This document shows, piece after piece, positions 1-10,044 of a stretch of DNA of 64,000 nucleotides (position 1 is its first letter; every line of letters begins with the position of its first letter). The notes under the pieces were generated by a model, which saw nothing but the letters and a program-made list of their open reading frames with translations, was not told the DNA's origin and did not search any database. Where the stretch lies: sequence record NC_135730.1. One strand, given 5' to 3'. A program made the translations under genes and the position numbers. This stretch comes from a phage.

Positions 1-4
1 AATT

Positions 5-1435
5 ATGGCAGAATCGCAATCTATGATGGTTGAGGAATTGCGTTGGCCTCAGCTGATTGCCACAGTGGAGACTATGAAATGTGATTCCACAGTTGCTACT
101 GCCTTAGATACAAAATATGTTTTCATCACGAAAGCATTCAATGATTTTAAGATCCTTTATAATGTTAAAAGTGAAGACTCTAAGAAAGCTGCCGAGCTTA
201 TAGAGTATTCTTTGCGTAATTTGGCAAACCAACAAACTCTTCGAGATATTGCAAGAAGCGCAGCTACCTTTAACGAGTATGGTTTTTCACTGTTTGAGAA
301 AGTATACCGCAGAGAGAAAGAAGGTAAATATGCCGGGATGCTTCTTATCGATAAAATTGCATTCCGACCTCAGGCCAGCCTGTCCAGATCAGAGCCGTTT
401 GTTTTTGATAAGAATAGCAGAACACTGACAGGTATTTATCAGTCACCTAATGCATTTCTAAACACTCAGAATGCACGCTGGGCTGGACCTCTTGCTGCAA
501 TGCCTTCAAAAGGCTTTAATGAGCCTGAAATTTTCATCCCTGCTAAAAAGCTTATGCTCATGACCCTGTCAGGAACAGAATCTAACCCTGCAGGTGTGTC
601 ACCTATGATAGGTTGCTACAGATCTTTCCGTGAGAAAGTTCTGATTGAAAACCTTGAGGTTGTTGGCTGTTCCAAAGACCTTGGTGGTGTGCTTGAGCTG
701 AAAATTCCTTCCAATATTTTGAACAAGGCCAGCATTGACCCGAATTCAATGGAAGGGAGAATGGTTGCAGACCTTATGCTTGACGCAGCAAACGCCCATA
801 GTGGTGAGCAAAGTTTCTTTATACTTCCGTCTGATAGAGATAAGTCTGGTAAAGAGCTTTACTCCATGACCCTGAAGGGGGTTGACGGTATGGGTAAGCA
901 GTATTCCACTAAAGATTTGATTGATGCCCGTAAGAAGGCGATTCTTGACCGTTTCGGTGCTGGCTTTATTAACCTCGGTAACGATAACGTTGGATCCTTC
1001 TCTCTGTCTGAGTCAAAACAGTCTATCCATGGTCATTTTGTTCAGCGTGATATAGATATTATCACTGAAGCCTTCAATAAGGATCTTATTCCACAGCTTC
1101 TGGCATTGAATGGTATCATCCTTGAAGATGATGATATGCCTAAACTGAAACCTGGTCTGATTGAAGAAGTGGATATGGAGAGCTTCTCCAAGTTTGTCCA
1201 GAGGATCGGTGCTGTAGGTTACTTGCCAAAAACTCCTGCAGTAATTAATAAGATTCTTGAAGTAGGCGGGTTTGATGAAAGATTTGACGAGGACATGGAT
1301 CAGGAAGAGCTGATGAAGCTCTTGGGCCAGGACATCAGTAGAGCTGGTGATGGAATGGCTGCAGGATCCACTGGCAACGGCACTTCTAAGATATCATCAA
1401 CCAGAGATAATTCCATATCCAACATGGAAAATTAA
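5..1435 (+). CDS. putative portal protein (may be 5'-truncated at window edge)
   Basis: 476-aa ORF at the head of the capsid module, upstream of XkdF-like, scaffold, decoration and capsid genes; the frame is open to the window start. Confidence 0.45.
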   Translation: MAESQSMMVEELRWPQLIATVETMKCDSTVATALDTKYVFITKAFNDFKILYNVKSEDSKKAAELIEYSLRNLANQQTLRDIARSAATFNEYGFSLFEKVYRREKEGKYAGMLLIDKIAFRPQASLSRSEPFVFDKNSRTLTGIYQSPNAFLNTQNARWAGPLAAMPSKGFNEPEIFIPAKKLMLMTLSGTESNPAGVSPMIGCYRSFREKVLIENLEVVGCSKDLGGVLELKIPSNILNKASIDPNSMEGRMVADLMLDAANAHSGEQSFFILPSDRDKSGKELYSMTLKGVDGMGKQYSTKDLIDARKKAILDRFGAGFINLGNDNVGSFSLSESKQSIHGHFVQRDIDIITEAFNKDLIPQLLALNGIILEDDDMPKLKPGLIEEVDMESFSKFVQRIGAVGYLPKTPAVINKILEVGGFDERFDEDMDQEELMKLLGQDISRAGDGMAAGSTGNGTSKISSTRDNSISNMEN

Positions 1436-1502
1436 AAATTATCAACACAGGGGGTTGCAAAACCTCCTTTGGCGTGATAAAATAATCCACATGGGGAATA
1501 AG

Positions 1503-1922
1503 ATGCCACAGGAAGAAATGATTTCCTACGAAATCATCTACGAGCCTGACACTAAAGATGCTCACGGTGAGTGGATGAGTAAAGACACCATCAAAAAGGC
1601 TAAAGATAACTGGGACGCAGCATACGCTGCAGGCCTAGTTTCTGAAAACCTTTTCCACTTGACCTCTACAGATGCTTTCACTATTGAAAAAACGTGGATT
1701 CAAGAAGAGTTTGATGTTGTAGTAATTGGCACTGAGCAGGTCATCAAGGCTGGCTCTTGGGTTGCTAAAGTTAAATACAATAATCCTGAATTATGGGAAG
1801 CTAAGAAGGCTGGCATTGTTGGTGGCCTAAGCATTCAGGCAACAGGTAATGTTGATGAAGAAACTGGTGAAATTACCAACGTAAACTTCGGGATCAGTGT
1901 TGTAGAAGAGGGCAATGAATAA
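1503..1922 (+). CDS. XkdF-like putative prohead protease / head morphogenesis protein
   Basis: Motifs DAHGEWMS and ELWEAKKAGIVGGLSIQATG resemble the XkdF family; start moved to ATG 1503 after GGGG to avoid overlap with the portal ORF (track start 1347). Confidence 0.4.
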   Translation: MPQEEMISYEIIYEPDTKDAHGEWMSKDTIKKAKDNWDAAYAAGLVSENLFHLTSTDAFTIEKTWIQEEFDVVVIGTEQVIKAGSWVAKVKYNNPELWEAKKAGIVGGLSIQATGNVDEETGEITNVNFGISVVEEGNE

Positions 1923-2899
1923 TGTCTGAAAAAACGATTACTATTAAAGAGAAGGGGATTGCCCTGTGCCATAAGGCGCAAGGCTATAGCGCTAACAACA
2001 GACCTGTATCTCTTTTGATGAAGAGTGATCTTAAGCCTGAGCAGTTAACAGACGATATTGTTAAGGCACTTCGCCAAGTTACTGTGGAGCTTAGTTTTGA
2101 AGAATACCTGCGTCGTTTCTTCGATATGTGGTATGATGATGCTAAAGCACTTGCACACATGCTTGGTTTTGAGATTGAAGAGGAGGCTTGGGCTAAAGAG
2201 CATCCTGATTGGGAATGGGCGCAAGCTGACGCAGAGTCTTGTATTGCATGGCTGGAAGAGCGTTGTGATAACGTGACCATTCATAAGGCTGCAAAAGAAG
2301 GCAAGCAGCTTAGTGTGGTAGATCAGTACAGCCTGTTAAAAACACAACAGATTTTTGAACAAGTAACCGCTGATCTCTTCGATAAAGAAGGGAACCTGAT
2401 CAAGGCGGTACAGGAACCTGCTGAGGTGGATAAAACTACCGAGGTGGATGATGTTGCAAAATCCGCAAATACCGAGGAGAATCCGGTGGACGTAACCAAA
2501 ACTAAAGAGTATCTGGATCTGCTGAAGCAAGTAGAAGAGCTGAAAGCAACCCAGAGTAAAGCTGAAGAAATCATCAAGGCCCAGGTTGAAGTTGAAAAAG
2601 CTAAAATGCTGACTAAGGCTCAAGCTTTAAGCTTTGTTGGTGAAGAAGATCACGCAACCCTGGTTGACTTCATGCTGGAAAAAGCTAACGAACCTATCGT
2701 AGCTATGCTGGAGAAAGCTCAAGCAAAAATTGAAGAGCTGGAAGCAGAGGTGCATAAAACTAAAGAAGAGTTTGCCACCACTGAACATGGTAATGATGGC
2801 GAACCTGTTGTGGATGATATTGCGAAATCCGCAGAAGAAATTCTTGCTGAAAACGTTGCAAAAGCACTTGCTCGTGCACGTGCAGAATCTAACAAATAA
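1922..2899 (+). CDS. putative scaffolding protein
   Basis: Acidic, helical/coiled-coil-like 325-aa ORF between the XkdF-like and decoration genes; internal repeat VDDVAKSA / VVDDIAKSA; start overlaps the upstream stop (TAATG). Confidence 0.45.
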   Translation: MSEKTITIKEKGIALCHKAQGYSANNRPVSLLMKSDLKPEQLTDDIVKALRQVTVELSFEEYLRRFFDMWYDDAKALAHMLGFEIEEEAWAKEHPDWEWAQADAESCIAWLEERCDNVTIHKAAKEGKQLSVVDQYSLLKTQQIFEQVTADLFDKEGNLIKAVQEPAEVDKTTEVDDVAKSANTEENPVDVTKTKEYLDLLKQVEELKATQSKAEEIIKAQVEVEKAKMLTKAQALSFVGEEDHATLVDFMLEKANEPIVAMLEKAQAKIEELEAEVHKTKEEFATTEHGNDGEPVVDDIAKSAEEILAENVAKALARARAESNK

Positions 2900-2919
2900 G
2901 ACATTAACGGGGGAAATAA

Positions 2920-3309
2920 ATGATTACCGCTCAATATTCTGATATCGTGCTCGGCAAAGTTGATTCTAGCGATGCTGGCTACAATTTTAAAGAGATGGAA
3001 ATTACACTGACAGAGCACCATCATGCTGGTACTGTTGTAACAAAAACTGGCACTATCGCTAACGATGATGGCTCAGACGTTTATGGTGTTCTTGTAGACC
3101 GAGCTTTGGTAAAAGATGCAGGAAAAGTTCATCTTGCTGAGCCTCTGAAAACAGGTCAGAAATATAAACTGGTTGTTGCAGTTCATGGTGTTACCTTTGC
3201 AAAAGATAAGCTGCTGGGGTCTAACGGTGAAGCAGCTAAGCAGGCTGTTCTTGAAAAGCTGGAAGCTCTGGGTAACAAAGTTCACGTCCAGACTCTTGGT
3301 GAAGAGTAA
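2920..3309 (+). CDS. head decoration protein (lambda gpD-like)
   Basis: 129-aa ORF directly upstream of the gpE-like capsid gene; size and position match the gpD family; RBS ACGGGGG. Confidence 0.55.
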   Translation: MITAQYSDIVLGKVDSSDAGYNFKEMEITLTEHHHAGTVVTKTGTIANDDGSDVYGVLVDRALVKDAGKVHLAEPLKTGQKYKLVVAVHGVTFAKDKLLGSNGEAAKQAVLEKLEALGNKVHVQTLGEE

Positions 3310-3357
3310 GTCCTAAATTGTTCGGGAAAATATTTAAGTTTTACTTTGGAGAAATAA

Positions 3358-4365
3358 ATGATTACTCGTAAAGATGAATTTGGCATTGTTGATTTAGGTG
3401 CTACTCTGGACCTTGTTCCGCGTCAATTTCGCCTGATTACCGGTATGGATCTGTTCGAAACTCGTCTCGGCACCTCAACAATTGCTCAGATCGAGCGTGT
3501 TGATGAAGTTGTAACCGACATTCCGGCACGCCGTCGTGGTGGTGAGCGTAACTACGTTGGTAGTGAACGTGCTCAGGTTAAAAACCTGAACATCCCGTTC
3601 TTCCCTCTGGACAAAGGCATCACTGCCGCAGATGTTCAGAACTTCCGTCGTTACTTCACTCCTGATGCTCCGAAAACTGTTCAGGACGTAGTAACCCGCG
3701 TTGTTCGCCGTATCCGTGTTTCTCATGAAGCACTGCGTGAGAAAGCGCTGTTCCAGGCTATTCTGGGTAAATCCTATGCACCTGGTGACACAACCTGTCA
3801 GTATGACTACTACACTCTGTGGGGCGTAGATCAGAAATCTGTAGAAATCGATCCAGCAAAAGCAGATCAGGACCCGATGGAAGTTCTGGAAGACGCTCGT
3901 CTGCATATCGCCCTGCAAGCTGGTGACAACGCTGCTGGCTACCGTATCGTGGCTCTGTGCTCTCCTGAGTTCTTCAGTGCAATCACTCACCACCCTCTGG
4001 TAGAGCTGGCATACACCTACTACGGCTCTGCTCAGGAACCTCTGCGTCGTCGTCTGGGTGCTGGCGGTCAGGACAGCGTTTATCGTGTGTTCGAACATAA
4101 AGGTATCACCTTTATCGAAGATATCTCTGGCAATATTCCTAAGAAAGAAGCTCGCATTCTGCCGATGGGTATTGATCAGATGTTCCAGCTGCACTTTGCT
4201 CCGGCAGATGATGTTAACGAAGCAAATACCCCAGCACAGGAACTGTATATGTGGTATAAACACTCTGCATACCTGCGTGAAGAGAAGATTGAATCTGAAA
4301 CTTCCATGCTGGCAGTTAACACCCGTCCAGAGCTGGTTGTTAAAGCAACTCTGAAAGGTGAATAA
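3358..4365 (+). CDS. major capsid protein (lambda gpE-like)
   Basis: 335-aa ORF with length and sequence character of the gpE capsid family; followed by a strong intrinsic terminator. Confidence 0.7.
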   Translation: MITRKDEFGIVDLGATLDLVPRQFRLITGMDLFETRLGTSTIAQIERVDEVVTDIPARRRGGERNYVGSERAQVKNLNIPFFPLDKGITAADVQNFRRYFTPDAPKTVQDVVTRVVRRIRVSHEALREKALFQAILGKSYAPGDTTCQYDYYTLWGVDQKSVEIDPAKADQDPMEVLEDARLHIALQAGDNAAGYRIVALCSPEFFSAITHHPLVELAYTYYGSAQEPLRRRLGAGGQDSVYRVFEHKGITFIEDISGNIPKKEARILPMGIDQMFQLHFAPADDVNEANTPAQELYMWYKHSAYLREEKIESETSMLAVNTRPELVVKATLKGE

Positions 4366-4389
4366 TCACTAAGGTGATTCATCCCATAT

Positions 4390-4417
4390 GGGGAGGGGGT
4401 TCTCCCCTCCCCTTTTT
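4390..4417 (+). terminator. intrinsic terminator after the capsid gene
   Basis: GGGGAGGGG-gttct-CCCCTCCCC, 9-bp perfect stem, then TTTTT. Confidence 0.7.
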
Positions 4418-4445
4418 ATTTATTAGGGTTTAACAGGAGTGTCCC

Positions 4446-5291
4446 GTGAAGAGAGCCGTATATCCAGTTGAGTATGATCCGCTATTAAGAGTTTTCAACA
4501 ATCAGTTAAGTTTTTATCAATTTTTAGCACAATATAACCCAGAAATCAATGTTGGTTTATCAGCCCTGCTGCCACCAACAGAATTCGTTATTGGCAGTGT
4601 TCACTATCCATGTAGAACGATTGTAGACTTCTTTGAGAAGATTGCAAAACATACAGGCCTGCCAATTGATACTGGTATTTCAACTATCCGTATGGGTGTT
4701 ATTCTTCTGTTCTTCACAGAGAACCTTGATGAAAGCACTTTAACACTGCAAAGCGGGGATGTCAATATCACCCTCACCCCGTCAGTGTTTAAAGAGGTAG
4801 ATGCTGCTTTCCAAGTTTCCGTGGCAGAGGGGCATCTATGGGACCCTGTAGGGATGCCTAAAAAAGTGACCATAAACGATGAGCAATGCAACATTGTTTA
4901 TGAAGAAGATACCCAAACTTTCACCATTGAGTGGCCTAAGAAACGTTCTCAGGTTGTAAATCTTGGACTGGTTTCTACGATAGCTCCACCGCCTGAACCA
5001 GAACCGGAGCCGCCTGTAGGTCCTACTGAACCTGGTGGTGACGGTGAAGAATCCCCAGATCCGGCTGCACCGGGAGGCACTGAGCAGGATCCTGAACAGG
5101 CACAAGAATCAAGATCTTCTCGCAGTGATATTGATGCCATACTGCAGCAGGCCGCAGCTCTTAACAACGAAGATGACAAAAGTGGTTCAAAAGATGCACT
5201 CCAAACCTTCGCCAAAGAGCACGGTGTTACCTTAAGTAAGGCAAAAACTTTCCAAAATATGATGAAAGATTTTGAGGCTGCACTGGCATAA
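4446..5291 (+). CDS. hypothetical virion-associated protein with Pro/Glu-rich linker
   Basis: GTG start 8 nt after AGGAG; PPPEPEPEPPVGPTEPGG low-complexity linker; followed by a terminator. Confidence 0.4.
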   Translation: MKRAVYPVEYDPLLRVFNNQLSFYQFLAQYNPEINVGLSALLPPTEFVIGSVHYPCRTIVDFFEKIAKHTGLPIDTGISTIRMGVILLFFTENLDESTLTLQSGDVNITLTPSVFKEVDAAFQVSVAEGHLWDPVGMPKKVTINDEQCNIVYEEDTQTFTIEWPKKRSQVVNLGLVSTIAPPPEPEPEPPVGPTEPGGDGEESPDPAAPGGTEQDPEQAQESRSSRSDIDAILQQAAALNNEDDKSGSKDALQTFAKEHGVTLSKAKTFQNMMKDFEAALA

Positions 5292-5298
5292 TTTTGTT

Positions 5299-5336
5299 AA
5301 GGCCCCTTCCAAATCAGGAATGGGGCTTTATTTTTA
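5299..5336 (+). terminator. intrinsic terminator
   Basis: AAGGCCCC ... GGGGCTTT extended hairpin followed by TTTATTTTT. Confidence 0.5.
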
Positions 5337-5350
5337 CGAGGTATTTTCAA

Positions 5351-5971
5351 ATGGCATGGTATGAAGATGAAGAGATTATCCCGTCCCCGCCTAACCATGA
5401 TGGTGTAGTCGATACCCCAGAAGAACCACCAAAAGAAGATCCTGTACTTCCGGAACCTGATCCAGACCAACCTCTTATCAATATTATGAGGTTGTTGCTC
5501 GGCAATGTTGATGAGGAAACTCTCCCTGATGAGGTAATTAAAACATTCCTTGACATGGAGAAGTTGAAACTAAATTATCCGGCAGATCCTGATAAGCTAC
5601 CTCTGCTCAAGTACAATGTGCTTGTGCAACTTGTGCGGTGGCTAATGATGCAGGAAGTGTCCAGCGGTAATGCAAGTATAACTTCCCGTCTGGAAAAAAT
5701 AGGTGATGAGACCATAGAGATTCGTGGTGGATCTTCCTACGCTCAATGGAAAGATTTCCTTGATTGGCTGCTGGCACACCCAGACTATGTAGATTCTGAG
5801 CTAGATGCTTACAGCAGAATGATTATCATTGGTGGTGTTCGTGTAGATGAAGGAATTCGGGTTAAATTTAATGAAAACAGCAACGGGCCGTTCGATGTCC
5901 AGGGTATTACACCTATCAGTGGTCTAAATAACCAACCTCCCCGCCACCCAAGACGCAAACGCAGTTTTTAA
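5351..5971 (+). CDS. hypothetical protein with Pro-rich acidic N-terminal region
   Basis: ATG 5351 downstream of the terminator at 5299-5336; track start 5294 lies inside the terminator hairpin. Confidence 0.35.
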   Translation: MAWYEDEEIIPSPPNHDGVVDTPEEPPKEDPVLPEPDPDQPLINIMRLLLGNVDEETLPDEVIKTFLDMEKLKLNYPADPDKLPLLKYNVLVQLVRWLMMQEVSSGNASITSRLEKIGDETIEIRGGSSYAQWKDFLDWLLAHPDYVDSELDAYSRMIIIGGVRVDEGIRVKFNENSNGPFDVQGITPISGLNNQPPRHPRRKRSF

Positions 5972-5977
5972 AAATTG

Positions 5978-6006
5978 TTGCTTTTGATGTATCTTTGTGG
6001 TAAAAT
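5978..6006 (+). promoter_or_regulatory. sigma70-like promoter with extended -10
   Basis: TTGCTT -17- TGgTAAAAT. Confidence 0.4.
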
Positions 6007-6024
6007 ACATTAGTGAGGGATATA

Positions 6025-6483
6025 ATGCTAAAGGTTAAATGTCAAACAAGGTTCAACCTAAAGCGTTTAGATAGCTTCTACAAAGAACTTGTGAGACTTG
6101 AAAGTAAAACAATAACCTACGGCTTTTATGATGAACCTCACCCGTCAGGCTTAAATATGGCAACATTGGCAGCCATTCACAACTTCGGTTGGAACGGGCT
6201 GCCTGTTCGCAATTTCATGGAGACAGCCTTTGCATTTCACAGCACTCAACTACAGACCTTGACAGAAAAATTGTTGAGAGCTATGGCTAGAGGATCAAGT
6301 GCAGAGGCTATTCTTAAGCAGATGGGGGACACAGGGGCCAAAGCTATCCAGTTTGTTATTGAGGCTGGGCAGTTTAGTAATCCTACTGTTAGCGAGCAGT
6401 GGGCACAAGAGAAAGGCTTCAACGAGGCTATGCGGCATTACGATGTGCTGCTTGAATCTGCAACCTTTAAAATCGGACAGTAA
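6025..6483 (+). CDS. hypothetical head-tail connector protein
   Basis: ORF between capsid and tail genes, downstream of promoter 5978-6006; start taken as ATG 6025 (track GTG 6013). Confidence 0.35.
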   Translation: MLKVKCQTRFNLKRLDSFYKELVRLESKTITYGFYDEPHPSGLNMATLAAIHNFGWNGLPVRNFMETAFAFHSTQLQTLTEKLLRAMARGSSAEAILKQMGDTGAKAIQFVIEAGQFSNPTVSEQWAQEKGFNEAMRHYDVLLESATFKIGQ

Positions 6484-6498
6484 AAATAAGGGGGTTGA

Positions 6499-6924
6499 GT
6501 GGCAGCAGGTTATAAGCTGATAGGAAAGAACAGACTAATACCTCGTAAAACATTCAAAGGTCGCCACAGAGTGTATAACAAAACAGTTGGTGGCCCTTTT
6601 GCCAACGAGGGGTTAGAACTTGAGTATGAAGAGTTTGATGTCTTAGAGTGTGTTGTGCAGCCGTTGACAGGAAGGGCAGCCAAAGATTACTCCTCTCAAA
6701 TAAACCCTGAAGGTGACAGACAGTACGAGGCTTTTACAGTTTACTCCTCAACCAAGTTGTATAGTCCGGATGAAGGAACATATGCAATGGCTGACCAAAT
6801 TCAGCTGCCTGACATCCGTGGTGACTTGAAATGGTTTACCGTTTTAAAATGCGATGCATATGTTACCTCCGGCGGCGGGAGATATAGATTTTTTGTGGTA
6901 GAAGAGCCTGAAGGAGAGAACTGA
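6499..6924 (+). CDS. hypothetical head-tail joining protein
   Basis: 141-aa ORF, GTG start after AGGGGG; position in the connector region. Confidence 0.3.
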   Translation: MAAGYKLIGKNRLIPRKTFKGRHRVYNKTVGGPFANEGLELEYEEFDVLECVVQPLTGRAAKDYSSQINPEGDRQYEAFTVYSSTKLYSPDEGTYAMADQIQLPDIRGDLKWFTVLKCDAYVTSGGGRYRFFVVEEPEGEN

Positions 6925-7475
6925 TGGAAGCTTTCGAAAAAGTTTTTTCTGATCTTGAAACAACCATTGCTAAGCTCGTCAAGGTTGCCACAGGAAGAAC
7001 TGTAGTTCTGGCAGAAAGCTCTACCATACCGAAGCCGGAAGGTGAGTTTGTACTTTTACAAACCTTAGCGATCAATCCCACCACTTGGGAAGATAATGAA
7101 TTTCAAGATGCGGAGGGTAATGCTTACGTCACCCACAGCTACACTGTTACTTATCTATTAACAGCTTATCGTGGCAGGGCATATGCTGCACTTAGCAGAG
7201 TATTGCAAGCAATAAACCTTCCAATGTTTTATGACAAGTATTTCCCTCTGGGATCGTGCTTTGCCTACTCTAACAATTCAACAATCTCACCTCAAAGAGT
7301 GCCGTTGAATAAGCAGACGTATGAAAATAGAGCCACTGTGATGCTGACATTTAACGTAAGGTTTGTTGAAACAGACATTGGGGCTTTTGAGGATCTTGAG
7401 GGAATTAAGGCTGAAATAACCACACACTTCCCTTCACCCAATTCTGGTAAAGCGGTTACAGACAGTGGTCAGTAA
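6924..7475 (+). CDS. putative neck / tail completion protein
   Basis: 183-aa ORF directly upstream of the major tail gene; start overlaps the upstream stop; RBS AAGGAGAG. Confidence 0.35.
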   Translation: MEAFEKVFSDLETTIAKLVKVATGRTVVLAESSTIPKPEGEFVLLQTLAINPTTWEDNEFQDAEGNAYVTHSYTVTYLLTAYRGRAYAALSRVLQAINLPMFYDKYFPLGSCFAYSNNSTISPQRVPLNKQTYENRATVMLTFNVRFVETDIGAFEDLEGIKAEITTHFPSPNSGKAVTDSGQ

Positions 7476-7547
7476 TCGTTATAGTTGTGTAGTGTAATGA
7501 TTACACTGCGTGTTTGATATCCGTGCACAGATATTAAGAGGAAACAA

Positions 7548-8924
7548 ATGCCATATTTAGATAAAGTGGTAGATGTTACAGTTAACCTCGGAACCCAACC
7601 TATTGACACTGTAGGTTTCGAAACTCCCCTGTTCATCGCTATCCACAACAACTTTACTGAGCGAGCTCGCGTATATGCAGAGCTGGATCAGATGGTGGAA
7701 GATGGTTTCGCACAAGGCTCTGCAGCGTATGAGTTTGCAGCAAAAGCTTTTGGTGGTGTATTCCCTCCACAATACGTTATGATCGGCAGACAGGCCAAAG
7801 AAAAGACAACTGTAGATTTTAAAGGTATTGCTGCCGCAGCTGATACCGATGTCGTAATGACTATTGCAAAAGGTAGCTACAATACTTCTTTGATAGTACC
7901 TATCTCTGGTGGAACAGGTGCAACTCAGATTGCAGAGTCAATGAAGACTAAGATCGAAGCAGATGATAACTTGGACGATATCACTGTAGAGGCTGCCGAT
8001 GGTGTTATCACCATCACTGGTGACTGCACTGTTGGTTATCATACTGGTAACTATACAATCAAAAATATCGCCAATGCTGAAAAACCTTCTACAGTAGTTG
8101 ATAAGATCAATGCTGAGCGTGACAATTGGTACTTCCTGTGCCATGAAGACCACACCGACATTGAAGCATGTGCGAAGTGGGCTCAGGCTAACTACAAGCT
8201 GCATGTCTACTCTACTGCAGAAGATGTGACTGGTAAAGATAATAACATCGCCACCAAACTGATGGCTGCACAATATGACAGTGTTGGCATGTACGATCCT
8301 CGTGCTGATAAAGATTTTCCAGAGGGTGGTATCGTAGGCGCTATGGCATCCAACGATCCGTCTTACGGTGACAGCTTGCATTTAAAACAGATGCCTGGTG
8401 TGATTGCACCATCTATGACTTTAACTCAGCGTATGTCGATTTGGGAAAACCACGTTAACTTCTACAGAATGATTAACGGTGTTGGCGCTTTCTGGGAAGG
8501 CAAGTGTGCTTCAGGTCAGTATGCAGACGCTATTCGTTTTGCGCACTGGATCAAGTTCAGATCTGAAGAATCCATGTTTGGGTACATGCATCGTCGCTCT
8601 AATATGGGTTTAAGCATGAAGATGTCTGATGATGATCTTCCGGTTATCAAGTCTGTTCTGATGAACAACCCGATCAATACTGGCATTAAGAATGGCGCGA
8701 TCCTGACAGGTTTTGACGAAGACAACAATGTGTTCTACGACCCGATCATCACAGTTCCTAAACGTGCAGAGATCCCAACCAATCAGTTGGCTGCTCGTGT
8801 TCTGGAAGGTGTGAAAGTAGAACTGGTGTATAATAACGCCCTGCACTTCGTTCGTATCCGGATCAACGTCCTTCTGGACAAAGTTGGTTCTAAATCCACC
8901 AATGCTGTTGCAATGACTGAATAA
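7548..8924 (+). CDS. major tail protein, sheath-like (458 aa)
   Basis: Large ORF followed by a ~157-aa tube-like ORF, chaperones and tape measure, as in contractile-tail gene order; a T5-type long tube protein is not excluded. Confidence 0.4.
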   Translation: MPYLDKVVDVTVNLGTQPIDTVGFETPLFIAIHNNFTERARVYAELDQMVEDGFAQGSAAYEFAAKAFGGVFPPQYVMIGRQAKEKTTVDFKGIAAAADTDVVMTIAKGSYNTSLIVPISGGTGATQIAESMKTKIEADDNLDDITVEAADGVITITGDCTVGYHTGNYTIKNIANAEKPSTVVDKINAERDNWYFLCHEDHTDIEACAKWAQANYKLHVYSTAEDVTGKDNNIATKLMAAQYDSVGMYDPRADKDFPEGGIVGAMASNDPSYGDSLHLKQMPGVIAPSMTLTQRMSIWENHVNFYRMINGVGAFWEGKCASGQYADAIRFAHWIKFRSEESMFGYMHRRSNMGLSMKMSDDDLPVIKSVLMNNPINTGIKNGAILTGFDEDNNVFYDPIITVPKRAEIPTNQLAARVLEGVKVELVYNNALHFVRIRINVLLDKVGSKSTNAVAMTE

Positions 8925-8934
8925 GGAAGACTAG

Positions 8935-9408
8935 ATGGAAACTCAAATTTTAACTCCTTATGCGTATGACCCTAAAAAGGTCAAACTGTACCTGATGCAG
9001 CAGCGTGTCACTGGCTTCGCTGCTGACACCAAGATCGTTGTTTCAAGAAACGAAGACAACATCTACCCTCACGTTGGTGTGGATGGCGAAATGTCTGCGG
9101 CCCTGTCTCGTAACCAATCTGGTGTTATGACTGTATCTTTGCAGAACACTTCTGTATGGAACGCTTACCTTTCTGACTGGCAGAAACAGGCATCGATTAC
9201 TGGTCTGGTATTCTTCCCAGTTCTGCTGGAAGGTAGCCAGGGTCCTGGTATTTCCACAATCGGTTGGATCCAGAAACAGCCTGACCTGACTTACGGAACC
9301 GAAGTAGGTCAACTGGACTGGGATATCGGTATTCTGGATGCATGGCTCAACCGTGATAACATCACTGGTGCTCTTACTGGCCTCGCAGGTCTTGCAGGTA
9401 TTATCTAA
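8935..9408 (+). CDS. putative tail tube protein
   Basis: 157-aa ORF between the sheath-like gene and the tail assembly chaperones; RBS AAGGAAG. Confidence 0.4.
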   Translation: METQILTPYAYDPKKVKLYLMQQRVTGFAADTKIVVSRNEDNIYPHVGVDGEMSAALSRNQSGVMTVSLQNTSVWNAYLSDWQKQASITGLVFFPVLLEGSQGPGISTIGWIQKQPDLTYGTEVGQLDWDIGILDAWLNRDNITGALTGLAGLAGII

Positions 9409-9424
9409 GGGCACACTTTAGCAT

Positions 9425-9451
9425 AAGCCTCACCTTCGGGTGGGGCTTTTT
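9425..9451 (+). terminator. intrinsic terminator (TTCG tetraloop)
   Basis: AAGCCTCACC-ttcg-GGTGGGGCTT then TTTTT. Confidence 0.6.
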
Positions 9452-9498
9452 GCTTTTATGGTTTTGACACACGTTCTTGAATTGCTTGAAAGGTTAAA

Positions 9499-9527
9499 TT
9501 GACAATGCACCGTAATCATGGTAAAAT
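9499..9527 (+). promoter_or_regulatory. sigma70-like promoter with extended -10
   Basis: TTGACA -17- TGgTAAAAT, downstream of terminator 9425-9451. Confidence 0.55.
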
Positions 9528-9570
9528 ACACAAATATGGTGCACAACATGACTAATAAGGATGCTATAAA

Positions 9571-10044
9571 ATGGCTATAAACTTTAGACCTACAACAGAG
9601 ATTGATTTAGCAGGGCACAACTTTGTGATCACCCACTGGGGACCGATGAAAGCAATGAAAAACATGCCTAAAATCGGTAAGATTGTGGCTGTCCCGCTAG
9701 GTGCTATCGGTGGATCTATTATCTCAGGCGGTCAGAACATGGCAGAGGTCCTTCCTACTGCTCTGGCTTACCTGTTCCAAGAACTTGATGATAACTCTAT
9801 TGAAGAGCTATTTAAAATCTTGTTCGAAGATATTACCGTAGATGGTGTGGATAAGCTTAACCCGGATGTTGTGTTTGCGGGGCATCTGCTGGAGATGATT
9901 AAGCTGGCAGGTAAGGTTCTGGAGGTTAACTACGGCTGTTTTTTCACACAAGACGGTTTAGGAAGCCTTCTGGAGATGTTACAGCAGATGGGTATGATTC
10001 AGCAGGTGAACAACCTGGATCAGACTCCGGAAGAGCAGGAATAA
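9571..10044 (+). CDS. tail assembly chaperone (gpG-like)
   Basis: 157-aa acidic C-terminus ORF directly upstream of the tape measure gene; overlapping -1 frame is open through to 10304. Confidence 0.5.
   Translation: MAINFRPTTEIDLAGHNFVITHWGPMKAMKNMPKIGKIVAVPLGAIGGSIISGGQNMAEVLPTALAYLFQELDDNSIEELFKILFEDITVDGVDKLNPDVVFAGHLLEMIKLAGKVLEVNYGCFFTQDGLGSLLEMLQQMGMIQQVNNLDQTPEEQE

Noticed and set aside
1347-1502. Upstream start of the XkdF-like ORF overlapping the portal gene by 89 nt
   Set aside because: No RBS; the internal ATG at 1503 follows a G-rich RBS and avoids the overlap.
3475-4263. 262-aa minus-strand ORF inside the major capsid gene
   Set aside because: Antisense to the gpE-like capsid gene with no translation signals; the sense ORF has clear family character.
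9464-9469. Second TTGACA hexamer upstream of promoter 9499-9527
   Set aside because: No acceptable -10 hexamer at 16-18 bp spacing.
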